Source: a virus. From it: 64,000 nucleotides of DNA. Made by a program: the position numbers and the translations under genes. Of this stretch, positions 1 through 9,911 are shown piece by piece. Where the stretch lies: the IMG/VR virus record IMGVR_UViG_3300028025_003409, positions 45,058-109,057 of that record; one strand, 5' to 3'. Under the pieces are notes generated by a model. It searched no databases. It saw nothing but the letters and a program-made list of their open reading frames with translations, and was not told the DNA's origin. Within the stretch, counting starts at the first letter, position 1; each line of letters begins with the position of its first letter.

Positions 1-200
1 GCATATACTGGTGTTCCTGCAGGTAAATTTTCTCCGCTATTATTTAAAATTCCAAGTTGAAATTGAGATAATCCAAGTGGTGGCAAGATAACCATTAATC
101 TATCTACAAGTGATTCAATATCCTCGTGTACATTTACTGGGTCATTTGCAAGCGGGTATGGTAATTTAAATAACGCATCATTAGTATTTCCAGTAGCCAT
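1..200 (-). CDS. partial virion/tail-associated protein (runs off the left edge)
   Basis: ATG at 200 reads MATGNTNDALFKLPYPLANDPVNVHEDIESLVDRL...; LPYP N-terminus is typical of actinophage minor tail proteins; TGGTATAAT just upstream. Confidence 0.55.
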   Translation of the reverse strand, partial: MATGNTNDALFKLPYPLANDPVNVHEDIESLVDRLMVILPPLGLSQFQLGILNNSGENLPAGTPVY

Positions 201-305
201 AGTATATTTATTATACCACCTTCTAAAGTTGACTTTTGGTAAAATTTTGTGTTATACTAGGTGTAGACACCTACCAGGGTGTTATTGTTTTCTAAGGAGG
301 AAACT

Positions 306-869
306 ATGATTAAATTTATCGAAAGAAACAAAGAGATCATTAGCACACTCAGTATTGTATTGTTAGTAGCGATATCTTCTAATGCTGCTAATGCTGCTCC
401 AGAACTAAATACGAAAAATAATCTTAGCCTTGAACAGGCTCAGACATCGGAAACCGCCTCGAAAGAGGTTTTTTTGGTTTCTAAGACAAAAAAACTAGAG
501 AGTTTTGAGAATAAGGTTTCTCTAACTGATTTAGAACTAAAAGAACTACTTTCGCTAGTAGGCTTCAAGGGCAAAGACCTTGTTGTTGCTTGGGCAGTGG
601 CTAAGAAAGAGTCCAATGGGCGACCATTGGCTTTTAATGGCAATCACAAGACTGGTGACTCATCTTATGGTATGTTCCAAATCAATATGATTGATACCCT
701 TGGTCCTGATCGTAGAACCAAGTTTGATCTTGACTCTAACGCTGAACTATTCAATCCCGTCAAAAACGCAGAGATTGCATACTACATGACTAACGGTGGA
801 GAAGATTGGTCCTCATGGAAAGGCATTACTCCAAGAACCAAATCCTGGATGGCTAAATTTCCTAAGTAG
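306..869 (+). CDS. secreted lytic transglycosylase (lysozyme-like fold)
   Basis: AAGGAGG RBS before ATG 306; N-terminal signal/TM segment; catalytic KKES motif and GMFQIN motif. Confidence 0.8.
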   Translation: MIKFIERNKEIISTLSIVLLVAISSNAANAAPELNTKNNLSLEQAQTSETASKEVFLVSKTKKLESFENKVSLTDLELKELLSLVGFKGKDLVVAWAVAKKESNGRPLAFNGNHKTGDSSYGMFQINMIDTLGPDRRTKFDLDSNAELFNPVKNAEIAYYMTNGGEDWSSWKGITPRTKSWMAKFPK

Positions 870-882
870 TTTATTAAAAGAT

Positions 883-904
883 AGGGGGCCTTTATTGGCC
901 CCTT
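883..904. terminator. bidirectional intrinsic terminator
   Basis: AGGGGGCC-loop-GGCCCCTT hairpin between convergent genes, flanked by A and T tracts. Confidence 0.7.
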
Positions 905-910
905 ATTTTT

Positions 911-1153
911 TTACCATTTTTTAATTGGACATTCTGCATACTTTAAGTGTGTCTTTAGTTTCATGAAGCAGCCACACTGTTTACATGTTGCTGTTAATTT
1001 TATTAATTCTGGACAAGATTTGCAAATATCTAGTCTTTCAAAAGCAATGTCTTCAGATACTCTGTTTCCAGGCTTTATGATGTCCCAAGGCTTAACTTCT
1101 CCCATATTTTTTCTAAATCTGTCCCATATTTTTTCATCTGAGTTTTCTTCCAT
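911..1153 (-). CDS. small Cys-rich putative metal-binding protein
   Basis: RLDICKSC...CKQCGC...CPIKKW pattern. Confidence 0.65.
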   Translation of the reverse strand: MEENSDEKIWDRFRKNMGEVKPWDIIKPGNRVSEDIAFERLDICKSCPELIKLTATCKQCGCFMKLKTHLKYAECPIKKW

Positions 1154-1171
1154 ACTACAATTTTATCACAA

Positions 1172-2440
1172 CTAGACCTTAGAGTTGTGTACTACCATAT
1201 TTCCAGCAATAATAGTGTCTACTGGGAAAGCGTTAAACTTAAAGACATTTCTTATTTCTTCAATATAGTCAAGTGAAGATACTGGAGTTGCTACCATTCC
1301 AGAATCTGTTGGCTCAAAAATAAAGTCATTTTCTGTCACTGTTTTTGCCTCAACAAATATATGTGAATCTAGGCGTTTAATAAGAACTTTTTCTTCTGGG
1401 GTAAATCTCTTTGTTTTATCACCATTAAAGTATAAGGTTGTATCTTTTGTTGATGGGCTAATCTGTACAATTTCAGATTGAACCCTTTTAACATTTTTAA
1501 GATTTTCTGGGTAAATTGTTGATGCTCCAGGGTCTTGCAGATCATCAAGTAGTCCATCCCAAGTGATAGACCAAATTTTATCTCCAAGGACAATATCTTT
1601 TGCTGCCTTAAACTCAACAGAGTTTTCATATCCAACAATCTGAATAAGTGTATCTTCATCAATACATACTGTGAGTGGTACGAAGGAGTATGTTGGTGTA
1701 AAGGAGTAAGGAGTAAAAGTATAAGGAGTAAATGTATACGCAGGTGTTGGTGTGAATGTGTAAGTAGGTGCTGTTGGTGTAAAGGTATAGGCAGTTGGAG
1801 TAAATGTGTAAGCAGGTGTTGGAGTAAATGAATACGGAGTAAATGAATAAACTGGACTACAAGTTGCTGCAGCAATTGGGGATGGGCCTTCTTCTGGACC
1901 TGGTGCACAATTAAAGTTGTTTCCAGGACCAAGTTCTCCCATTTGTGTAAGCAATTGCTGAACTTGTGAACAAGTCTTATTTGGCCAGAAGTAAGGACCA
2001 ACCACTGATCCATCTGCACCAGATGCTGGGTTGGAACAGTGTGTGTACCATACACCAGTTGCGGCAACTGGAGTAAATGAGTATGGAGTAAATGAGTATG
2101 GAGTAAATGTATATGCGGTTGGAGTAAATGTATATGCGGTTGGAGTAAATGTGTATGCAGTTGGAGTAAAAGAATAAGGAGTAAAAGAATAAGGAGTAAA
2201 AGAAAAATTATAGTATGTATAAGAAACATTTGTTTCGTAGTCTACAAGAGAATCAAATGATGGATTTTGAGATGCAATTTTTTGATTTAAAGAATCATCT
2301 GCCGTATCTGTTGAACCAGTCTCCAGTGGAACAAGTCCATTACTAACAATTGATGATGAGGCAGTTGTTCTAGTCAAACCAGAAAGATTAGGTACTTTTA
2401 CCATACCCTTTAAAGATGACCAAAAACCAAAATTTAGCAT
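1172..2440 (-). CDS. PASTA-like N-terminus, Y(S/T)FTP repeats and C-terminal Hint (intein-like) domain protein
   Basis: VPNLSGLT...ASQNP PASTA-like start; two repeat tracts; CIDEDTLI...AKDIVLGD...VVHN-S Hint hallmarks. Confidence 0.7.
   Translation of the reverse strand: MLNFGFWSSLKGMVKVPNLSGLTRTTASSSIVSNGLVPLETGSTDTADDSLNQKIASQNPSFDSLVDYETNVSYTYYNFSFTPYSFTPYSFTPTAYTFTPTAYTFTPTAYTFTPYSFTPYSFTPVAATGVWYTHCSNPASGADGSVVGPYFWPNKTCSQVQQLLTQMGELGPGNNFNCAPGPEEGPSPIAAATCSPVYSFTPYSFTPTPAYTFTPTAYTFTPTAPTYTFTPTPAYTFTPYTFTPYSFTPTYSFVPLTVCIDEDTLIQIVGYENSVEFKAAKDIVLGDKIWSITWDGLLDDLQDPGASTIYPENLKNVKRVQSEIVQISPSTKDTTLYFNGDKTKRFTPEEKVLIKRLDSHIFVEAKTVTENDFIFEPTDSGMVATPVSSLDYIEEIRNVFKFNAFPVDTIIAGNMVVHNSKV
1686..2205 (-). 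repeat. coding tandem repeats (15-21 nt units encoding YSFTP / TAYTFTP) in two tracts
   Basis: repeated GGAGTAAA(T/A)G units at about 1690-1850 and 2070-2205. Confidence 0.9.
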
Positions 2441-2447
2441 CTTTAAC

Positions 2448-3080
2448 CTAAGCCGTCAGGTCACCAAGAAGTAGCCAGGTGTTAGTGTCAACTTTTGTAA
2501 GAACTGCACCAGAGTACCTAGAGGATATCTTTTTGTTTGAGTTTTTGCTGTTAATAATTACACCTGGTGTTGCACCTGCAAAAGAAACTGCCCCAGTTCC
2601 ATACCGAATAAACTCAATTTTTTGCCCTATAGAAAAGGCTGCAACACTGTTTAATGGAATGGTTATAACAATATCTGAAGAAGACTCTACAGAAATAGTT
2701 TTTCCTGAATCAGATTTTGCAACGGTATAGTCAGAAGTCTTTGTAACAAATGTTGCAGAATCGTTTACATATCTCCAAGCAGATCCAGAATAATACTGGA
2801 CTTGGTCTATTGGTGTTCCATCATCTTCTTGTCTAACAAAACAAACTAAGCCTGCTGTTGGAGATGTTAAAACAGCGTCTCTTGCTGTTGGGTTTTGAAA
2901 ATTATTAATTCCGCCCTTGGCTTTAATAACATTATTAAATGTAGTTGCTGCGGAGAATGTTTGCTCGGCTGACCAAGTATATTCTTGATTTGTATTTACT
3001 GATCCACCAATAGCGTACCAAGTATCGTCAGATTCGTTGTATATATAAGCATTCTTTCCATCAGTATTAATTGTTGCCAT
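2448..3080 (-). CDS. tail fiber-associated protein
   Basis: TARDAVLTSPTAGLVCFV and YSGAVLTKVDTNTWLLLGDL motifs common in phage fiber proteins. Confidence 0.6.
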   Translation of the reverse strand: MATINTDGKNAYIYNESDDTWYAIGGSVNTNQEYTWSAEQTFSAATTFNNVIKAKGGINNFQNPTARDAVLTSPTAGLVCFVRQEDDGTPIDQVQYYSGSAWRYVNDSATFVTKTSDYTVAKSDSGKTISVESSSDIVITIPLNSVAAFSIGQKIEFIRYGTGAVSFAGATPGVIINSKNSNKKISSRYSGAVLTKVDTNTWLLLGDLTA

Positions 3081-3191
3081 CTGAAGTTATCCCCAATGCT
3101 CTTAGTTCTGCTTCTGTAAAACCTAGTGCAACAAATTTTGCAATAGCATTTTCCTTAAATTCTTGATCTATTGTCTTTTCTTTTTTAGCCA

Positions 3192-3620
3192 TTATGCACC
3201 AATCTCTTTCCACTCGGTTCCACTGTAAACATATATTTTAAGTGGAGAAGAATCTGAGTCAACCCATAATGTACCAGTTGATGGAGATGCAGGAGATGTT
3301 GTAGAATATTGTGCTTGAGCATATTGAACTGATGCAGAGATGCCAGAATCTGAGTCTAGCCAAACATACCCATTTCCAATACCAGTTGGCTGGGTTGTTG
3401 AAACGGTGGATCCAAGTCCACGATTGTTAATAACAGTAATATCTGCTTCAATTCTTTTTAAGTTACCAGCCAAAGAAGTTGATAATATCTCTGACTGATT
3501 AGAAGGTGGTGTTGTGGTTCCATATAAAAATAATTTTAAAGCCTCTTGAATATCTGCAGACTCATTGTAGGATGGCACTTTAGTGTCATAAGGTCCGTTA
3601 AGATTGATATTATCTGCCAT
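3192..3620 (-). CDS. minor tail protein
   Basis: two P..G.(V/L)W(L/V)DSDS repeats; structural gene context. Confidence 0.55.
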   Translation of the reverse strand: MADNINLNGPYDTKVPSYNESADIQEALKLFLYGTTTPPSNQSEILSTSLAGNLKRIEADITVINNRGLGSTVSTTQPTGIGNGYVWLDSDSGISASVQYAQAQYSTTSPASPSTGTLWVDSDSSPLKIYVYSGTEWKEIGA

Positions 3621-3638
3621 TATTCATCTCCCCCAAAA

Positions 3639-4202
3639 TTATACCACAGAAATAAGTAGTTCTACTACTTTCTGTCCGACCACTTCTACCCAGTTGGAGT
3701 TGTTTAGTTCGATTGCATTGACAATAATCTTAAGCGCTCTGACCTGATTGTCTGTAATGATCTCTAAAGATTTCACGGTAGTTATGATTGGCAAATCATT
3801 GACAATAGACTTTTGAACATTGATCTTATCAATAGTGACGGTTGCAACAAGGTCTTCTGGGACAATGCTAATAAGTGGAATAATAATCTGAGCATTACCG
3901 CCTATAAAGTCAGAAACAACGCTCTTACTAGTAAAGTTTGGGATAATCTTTAAGATCTGTCTCCAACTGTTTACTCCATCAGCATTCTGATACTGGTACA
4001 AAAACAGGTAAGACTCATCTTGTGGATCTACATTTATATACATGTCTAAAAGGTTTGGACTTAGTTCTGCTGTATTTGGAAAACCATTTCCAACAAACCA
4101 ATAACTTCCTCTTTTCCCTGTTGGACCAATATCAAGATCTACTGAAATTTTAGAAGGACCACCTAAAACAGTTATATCGTCTGTAGAATAAATCTCAGGC
4201 AT
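3639..4202 (-). CDS. putative virion structural protein
   Basis: GPTGKRGSYWFVGNGFP motif; context. Confidence 0.5.
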   Translation of the reverse strand: MPEIYSTDDITVLGGPSKISVDLDIGPTGKRGSYWFVGNGFPNTAELSPNLLDMYINVDPQDESYLFLYQYQNADGVNSWRQILKIIPNFTSKSVVSDFIGGNAQIIIPLISIVPEDLVATVTIDKINVQKSIVNDLPIITTVKSLEIITDNQVRALKIIVNAIELNNSNWVEVVGQKVVELLISVV

Positions 4203-4204
4203 AT

Positions 4205-4564
4205 TTAGACTCCTTGAGTTACGTCTGCTGTAACAGTAACTGTTCCAGTTAGGATTGTATATACAAGTGGGTATGGCGTTGCGCTTTTGCTAATCTGAAT
4301 ATCATAAACATACTGTGTACCAGCAGTTAATTGTGCTCCATCTGCTGGTCTAATCGCACAGATTGCTTTTGTAGGGTCATCTGCACTGACTACAGCGTAG
4401 CACTCTACTGGAGTTGTTCCAGATCCTCTTTGTGTAGATATCGAAAACTTGATTGTGTAGCCAGACATGATAAAAGCGGATCCATCGCTTTGTTTTGGGT
4501 AGATAGAAAAATCTTGAGTATCACCCTTGTAGTATGTTAAGTTTAGTTCTCCTGGAAATGCCAT
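4205..4564 (-). CDS. baseplate upper (BppU-like) adaptor protein
   Basis: YKGDT...YVYDIQI...ILTGTVTVTADVT pattern. Confidence 0.55.
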   Translation of the reverse strand: MAFPGELNLTYYKGDTQDFSIYPKQSDGSAFIMSGYTIKFSISTQRGSGTTPVECYAVVSADDPTKAICAIRPADGAQLTAGTQYVYDIQISKSATPYPLVYTILTGTVTVTADVTQGV

Positions 4565-4570
4565 ACTTTA

Positions 4571-5272
4571 TTATACCACGCCGACATAAATAGAATTGAG
4601 GATAATTGATGATTCGTGATCAGTTCTAAACTGAGGAATAGCCCCTTCGCTCCAAGACCACTTATCTTCTATAAATATTTGCTGGGTTACTGACATTGGG
4701 TAGGTAGTTTGATATTTAAAGGATCCCAAAAATTGACAAATATTCTGTTTTGATTTTGAAGAATATGTCCTTGCCCACAATTCTGTTCCTGTTTGAAAGG
4801 TAGTTACCTCAAAATTATATGTAACAAAAACTTGTGCTCCTACGTTAAGCCCAAGAAAATTAATTCTTCTTGAATCTTGATTCCAAAGACTAGTGCATCC
4901 TTTTGGCAAAAATTTTTCATCTGCTTCCTTTTGATTTGACAAAAATACATCTACCCAACCGTCTACACCTTTGTCTGCCCCCAAGCGTATTTCTTTTCCT
5001 TGTCCTGAGTAGTAACTTGCCCAACCAGACTGCTGTCCAGAAGAAGACACTGATGATGCTCCGTCTTTTCCTTTGGGCCCTTGTTCTCCCCTAGGTCCTT
5101 GAGGTCCTTCTGGCCCCTGCTTTCCTGGCTCACCCCTTGGACCTTCTGGTCCTGGAAGTGGAAGAAATACTTGATTGCTTTCTGAATTTTCAGTTGCCTG
5201 CATCTGTTGAACTTGTGCAGCATATGAGGATTTTCTTGCGTTTGGAAAGTCCATAGATTTAGAAGAGGCCAT
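4571..5272 (-). CDS. collagen-like (Gly-X-Y) virion protein
   Basis: GPEGPRGEPGKQGPEGPQGPRGEQGPKGKDG. Confidence 0.75.
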   Translation of the reverse strand: MASSKSMDFPNARKSSYAAQVQQMQATENSESNQVFLPLPGPEGPRGEPGKQGPEGPQGPRGEQGPKGKDGASSVSSSGQQSGWASYYSGQGKEIRLGADKGVDGWVDVFLSNQKEADEKFLPKGCTSLWNQDSRRINFLGLNVGAQVFVTYNFEVTTFQTGTELWARTYSSKSKQNICQFLGSFKYQTTYPMSVTQQIFIEDKWSWSEGAIPQFRTDHESSIILNSIYVGVV

Positions 5273-5378
5273 AACAGCATTATCTCACTATTTTATTTAT
5301 TTACTTTAAAAACTTTATCTTTGATTTTAATTACTGGTGGCAACTCAGGTCTAGGAGTTGTAACTTTTACTACAGCCA

Positions 5379-5759
5379 TTATAGACTTCCTGTAATATCA
5401 CCAATGACCGAAATAGTTCCAATCAAAGGTGTCCAGATTGTTTCTCCATCAATGGTTACTTGAAGATCAAAAGTTAATTCTGTTACAACTGATTTAAATC
5501 CAATACCCCAAAACTGAGTAATTGATGCTGGGGCCATAATGTCGACATATCCAACTCCTGGTGTAATTTCCAGGGAATCAAGAAAATCAGACTGAGGATC
5601 ATAAGAGGTAGCCTCATAGGTCCAATCGGAGGTATCAAAATATGTTGCTTCGTCATCCTGCAAGAATTCAACACGAAGCGGAGAGGTATCTCCTCTAACG
5701 ATATTCCATTTGATACGAGCAGGGTCTGCTCCAAAAATCTCAGGTGCACAAAGAGTCAT
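5379..5759 (-). CDS. BppU-like adaptor protein
   Basis: VRGDT...FDLQV...GTISVIGDIT, similar to 4205-4564. Confidence 0.5.
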   Translation of the reverse strand: MTLCAPEIFGADPARIKWNIVRGDTSPLRVEFLQDDEATYFDTSDWTYEATSYDPQSDFLDSLEITPGVGYVDIMAPASITQFWGIGFKSVVTELTFDLQVTIDGETIWTPLIGTISVIGDITGSL

Positions 5760-5987
5760 AGTAATAAGATTATACCATAAAAAAACAAATATTTAGAGTC
5801 AGCGTAAAAGTCATAGAATTAAGAGATTATATTTAAAGTTATCAAATCGTTATAATAGACAATGTCCGTTTTGTCATAAAAAGTCTTAAAGGTCAGGATC
5901 TTCGTAGTGTATACTAAATATATATAAGAAAAAAGAACTATCTTGAAGGTTTGTATATAGAAGATATCTTATATATAGTATATAGAG

Positions 5988-6260
5988 TTACTTTGGTTTG
6001 GCAATATACTCAATCAGAATATCATACATATGGTCAAGTTTATTCTTCATAACCTTATGATCTTCTTTCATCTGAGTTCTAGTAGCATCGGCTTCGTTAA
6101 TTCTCATTTCTAGTCTCGAAATTTGATCCTTCATCGATGATCCAGAATTGGGTTTAAGTTCTGCCAAATAATGTTTGACTAGCCACTTGATTGCAAAAGC
6201 AATAGATGATACAATTGTAAGTATGGCTACAATTAGGGAAGCCCAGTCTTGGATTGTCAT
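5988..6260 (-). CDS. single-TM membrane protein with coiled coil (holin-like/lysis-associated)
   Basis: N-terminal TM then ELKPNSGSSMKD; probable leaderless ATG at 6260. Confidence 0.55.
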   Translation of the reverse strand: MTIQDWASLIVAILTIVSSIAFAIKWLVKHYLAELKPNSGSSMKDQISRLEMRINEADATRTQMKEDHKVMKNKLDHMYDILIEYIAKPK

Positions 6261-6286
6261 AACTAGATTATTATAAGGGGTGTTTT

Positions 6287-7120
6287 GTGAAAAATAGAAC
6301 TGAGTTCTCTTCAGCAGCATTTCTTTTTAGAGAAAAACCATTTATCAATAGCATATCAAGTAGCAATTTAGAATATATTAAAGGCGAGTCTTATTCTTAC
6401 TATATTAATGACCAGCCAAGTAAAAAAACAAAAGACGATATTGAGTATAAACTAAATAATTATCTTTTTAGATCTGATGATTTTTGCAAAGAAGATTCTG
6501 GAGATAACTTTTTATTTGCTGGATGCTCACAAACTGTCACATTAGGGCTACCACTAGAGTTAAGTTGGGCTAACAAAGTTAATTCTAATTTTGATAAAAA
6601 TAAGTATATTAACATATCTGGAGTTGGTCTTGCCATTGATGCAATAGTTAGCAATATAGTTCACTACATTGACTTGTTTGGAAAACCTAAGGCAATTATT
6701 GCTTTATTCCCAGATCACTACAGGGTTACAGAAATAAAGCATGACACAATAACAACAGACTGGCTAGATCCAAGAGAATATGATAAAAATGTTGATAGAA
6801 TAGAAGATGCAATATTTAAAGACTATCTTTCTTTTAAAAATTTAGAAATGATATGCAAAGCAAATGGGATACCCTTGGTCTATTCTAGTTGGCAGCCACA
6901 TACTGCTAAGGTAATAAAGAAGTTAACAGAAAAGTCTTTCTTGGAAAATGGATTTGATATATATGAAAACATTGATATAGATCTAAAACTTTTTTCAAAG
7001 AAAAATAGCAAGTATCCTCATTACTGGGAATATGCAAGAGATGGTGTCCATTACGGAGAAAGAGACAATCTTATGTTTGCTCAATCATTTACCAATAAAC
7101 TAAAAGAGTTAGGTTTCTAA
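6287..7120 (+). CDS. SGNH/GDSL-like hydrolase family protein (paralog 1 of 4)
   Basis: FAGCS block and ARDGVHYG (DxxH) block; similar to genes at 43.6-47.8 kb. Confidence 0.6.
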   Translation: MKNRTEFSSAAFLFREKPFINSISSSNLEYIKGESYSYYINDQPSKKTKDDIEYKLNNYLFRSDDFCKEDSGDNFLFAGCSQTVTLGLPLELSWANKVNSNFDKNKYINISGVGLAIDAIVSNIVHYIDLFGKPKAIIALFPDHYRVTEIKHDTITTDWLDPREYDKNVDRIEDAIFKDYLSFKNLEMICKANGIPLVYSSWQPHTAKVIKKLTEKSFLENGFDIYENIDIDLKLFSKKNSKYPHYWEYARDGVHYGERDNLMFAQSFTNKLKELGF

Positions 7121-7890
7121 TGATTCAAGATATATTAGACACTATCGAGTATTCAAAACAACTTATCATATCCCCCGATATGGATGGGTTTATGACGGCA
7201 AAATTATTAGAGCGTTTTAACGGTTCGAAAATAGTAGGTTCTTATGATAAGAATCTTTTATGTCTCGCCGACGGGATCAACCCAGAGGAATGCTTGTTCG
7301 TCGATTGCGATATGAATAGGCAAGAGTATGTTTCTCTCGGAAATCATATGCGCTTGCTTGAGGACAATATGTCGGTTGAATCATTTAATCCAAATGTGCA
7401 CTTCGGCGTTTCGATATATAGCGACAAGTTTCCCTTCGCCACTGCGTTTTTAATTTCGTTCGCAACAGAGGCCCAAACCTCCGAAGAAGACCTTATCCGC
7501 ATGGCTTTCGCTGATTCTACATTACGCAATATGGAAAAATATAGCGACAACATGCGAAATTGGTCTACACGGATGGATCATCCTGCAGTTAAGTACATAG
7601 TGGACAATTCGGACATTGCAAAAAGAAATGATGCACAAGCAAGGTTTGATTATGTAGACCAATCATTTACATCTAAAAGATACGGCAAGGCAAGATATCT
7701 GGATACCCTTAATAAGGCCCTAGAAGGCCAGGGGATGAAGTTTGAACCACTTACCAGGGGTAGCAAGTACATCTGCGACAAAGTTGGCAAAGAAACCGTT
7801 ATGCGGTATAATAGAGATATCATATCTTACGCAGAGATCTTTACAGGAGAATACTCTGTTACCTATGACCAAGAGACGGAATGGAAGTAA
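7120..7890 (+). CDS. DHH-like phosphoesterase-fold protein
   Basis: SPDMDG, FVDCD and GNH motifs. Confidence 0.4.
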   Translation: MIQDILDTIEYSKQLIISPDMDGFMTAKLLERFNGSKIVGSYDKNLLCLADGINPEECLFVDCDMNRQEYVSLGNHMRLLEDNMSVESFNPNVHFGVSIYSDKFPFATAFLISFATEAQTSEEDLIRMAFADSTLRNMEKYSDNMRNWSTRMDHPAVKYIVDNSDIAKRNDAQARFDYVDQSFTSKRYGKARYLDTLNKALEGQGMKFEPLTRGSKYICDKVGKETVMRYNRDIISYAEIFTGEYSVTYDQETEWK

Positions 7891-7891
7891 T

Positions 7892-8497
7892 ATGTTTACA
7901 TGGGGAAAACACCTTATCAGAGTTGTTCATAATTTTGCTACGCCAGATGAGTTGTCTATCCTAGATGACTACTTAAAGTCACTTCCAGATTTTCATACAA
8001 AATCAGTCTCATGGCTAGATTTTATTGAAGCCGAGCATTTGCCAGAGTATAAAATTGATGATCCAAACGTAGAAAAGGTTATGCGTGAATTAAATACACG
8101 AACTAACAAATACATAACAGAAGTCTATTTCCCCGAATCAGAGTTAAGTGTCATCAGAGATAATGGAAATAGAGAGTTGGAACTTGTTAGATGGAGTGCT
8201 ATGTCACACCTTGCTCCTCATTCAGACTGGAGACTTGCAGATGGATCTCCTTATCCATTAACACTGCCACAATTTACAATTGGATCTCTTATATATATCA
8301 ATAAAGACTATGCAGGCGGAGAGATTAACTTTCCAGATTATGATTTTAAGTTAGATCCCCAACCTGGAGATTTAATTTTGTTTCCCTGCCAATATATGCA
8401 TGAAGTTCTACAAGTACTTCCACTTAAAGGAAAAGAAAAAGCAAACAGATATACCATGCCAGTATTTTACTGGTTTGACTTAGAGGAAAAGGAATAA
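7892..8497 (+). CDS. 2OG-Fe(II) oxygenase (prolyl 4-hydroxylase-like)
   Basis: HSD...YINKDYAGGEINF...HEV...RY. Confidence 0.85.
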   Translation: MFTWGKHLIRVVHNFATPDELSILDDYLKSLPDFHTKSVSWLDFIEAEHLPEYKIDDPNVEKVMRELNTRTNKYITEVYFPESELSVIRDNGNRELELVRWSAMSHLAPHSDWRLADGSPYPLTLPQFTIGSLIYINKDYAGGEINFPDYDFKLDPQPGDLILFPCQYMHEVLQVLPLKGKEKANRYTMPVFYWFDLEEKE

Positions 8498-8501
8498 TAC
8501 A

Positions 8502-8696
8502 ATGCCACAAAAACAAGATGTAGTTAACTTAATGACAAATGTCATCAATGATCTAAATTTTCAGAAAGCCATGCAAGATGGTGTTGACGAAATGCAGATT
8601 CGTAATTCGATTGCCCAGCATCAGGATGAACTTAATTTCATCAATGGTATTTTAGTTGATGCGCTAAAGGCAAACAACCTTATTAATGTAGACTAA
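8502..8696 (+). CDS. hypothetical protein
   Basis: AAGGA RBS, compact ORF following the previous gene. Confidence 0.55.
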   Translation: MPQKQDVVNLMTNVINDLNFQKAMQDGVDEMQIRNSIAQHQDELNFINGILVDALKANNLINVD

Positions 8697-8699
8697 AAC

Positions 8700-9464
8700 T
8701 TAGTCGACAATAGTTTCTCTAGAACCAGGTTTATTGGCTTCAAAACCAAATATAAGGTTTGCTCTAGGCCCTATAGCAGACACTTCATGCCATAGTTCTT
8801 TAGGTATAAAGATTACATCTCCTGGCTCTAGGATAAACTCTGTAGGTTCTGAATCATACGCTTCTGATGTACGCCATCTTGTTTTGCCCAAACACTGAAG
8901 GTTAAGCACATCAGCGTTATCTCTATGCCTTGTTGAAGACTTGTCCCAATCGGTTACAGAAAATACAGAATTAATGTCTGTTAGTTCGCCATCATAGATT
9001 TCTGTCAATTCTCTAATATAGAAGTCTTTGTTTCTATAGTGATCGGATGTCTTAGGCGATACTAAATTGAATTCCCCCCAAAATTGTAAAATACCTATAA
9101 CCTTCTTGCCAGCCTTCTCAAATGCTTCATTTCTAAACATTGGATCATCATCATGTGCACAGGAGTTTACGTTATTTAAGAATTCTTCCCAATATGGAAG
9201 CATGTCTTTTGGGATAGCCCCTCTTAGAACTGTTCCAGTGTTTGTTAGTACTGCGTTTAGGATCTGATTATGATATAAGTCTTTTTTGTTGCAATCCTTA
9301 CATACCGTTTCTGAAAAAATTTTTACAGACAGGTTTTCTGGATCAGGCCTACCTAGGTCTTCCCAAAATTGTTCTCTACCCATGGAGTCAGTGTTAGGCA
9401 TTGCTTTTGATTCGAACTGGAATTCACTGTCCCAGGCATTTTCTAGATTGTCCAAAATTCCCAT
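8700..9464 (-). CDS. JmjC/cupin-like oxygenase
   Basis: HRD...QCLGKTRW...LEPGDVIFIPKELWHEV. Confidence 0.75.
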   Translation of the reverse strand: MGILDNLENAWDSEFQFESKAMPNTDSMGREQFWEDLGRPDPENLSVKIFSETVCKDCNKKDLYHNQILNAVLTNTGTVLRGAIPKDMLPYWEEFLNNVNSCAHDDDPMFRNEAFEKAGKKVIGILQFWGEFNLVSPKTSDHYRNKDFYIRELTEIYDGELTDINSVFSVTDWDKSSTRHRDNADVLNLQCLGKTRWRTSEAYDSEPTEFILEPGDVIFIPKELWHEVSAIGPRANLIFGFEANKPGSRETIVD

Positions 9465-9611
9465 ATCTCATTCTACCATAAATCTGAATATTTTTACTAG
9501 ATGTATGATACAAGAAATAAAAAAATAAAACATAAAAATATAGTGAGCACTTTTACAGGTGATGATGTGTATTTATTTAATCACACCACCACCCGCAAAG
9601 TGATCTGGGTA

Positions 9612-9902
9612 CTACCCCGACTTACTTAGTATGGGTACCACCTTGCGATCCAAAAAGTTTTTCATCTTTTCGGTATCTTTCTTTTGCTTGATGTCTATGT
9701 TAGTAATACCTAAATCTCTAACTACCTTGCTAGTTTCTACTACAATAGTTTTAGCGAATGCAACACCTAAAAGTTTTAGACCTAAAGGAATTGCAACCAC
9801 CGCACCGATTGTTAGCACTAGCATCATGATAGCCATAAAAATAAGTGAGTACTGTACTACATTAGCAAACCACTCGAATGGTGCAGAAATAAAATCAAAC
9901 AT
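9612..9902 (-). CDS. membrane protein, hypothetical
   Basis: AGGAG RBS, long hydrophobic stretch. Confidence 0.6.
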   Translation of the reverse strand: MFDFISAPFEWFANVVQYSLIFMAIMMLVLTIGAVVAIPLGLKLLGVAFAKTIVVETSKVVRDLGITNIDIKQKKDTEKMKNFLDRKVVPILSKSG

Positions 9903-9911
9903 TTATTCTCC

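Noticed and set aside
1369-2229. 286-aa alternative-frame ORF rich in Leu/His
   Set aside because: Frame-shifted reading of the YSFTP repeats within the real gene
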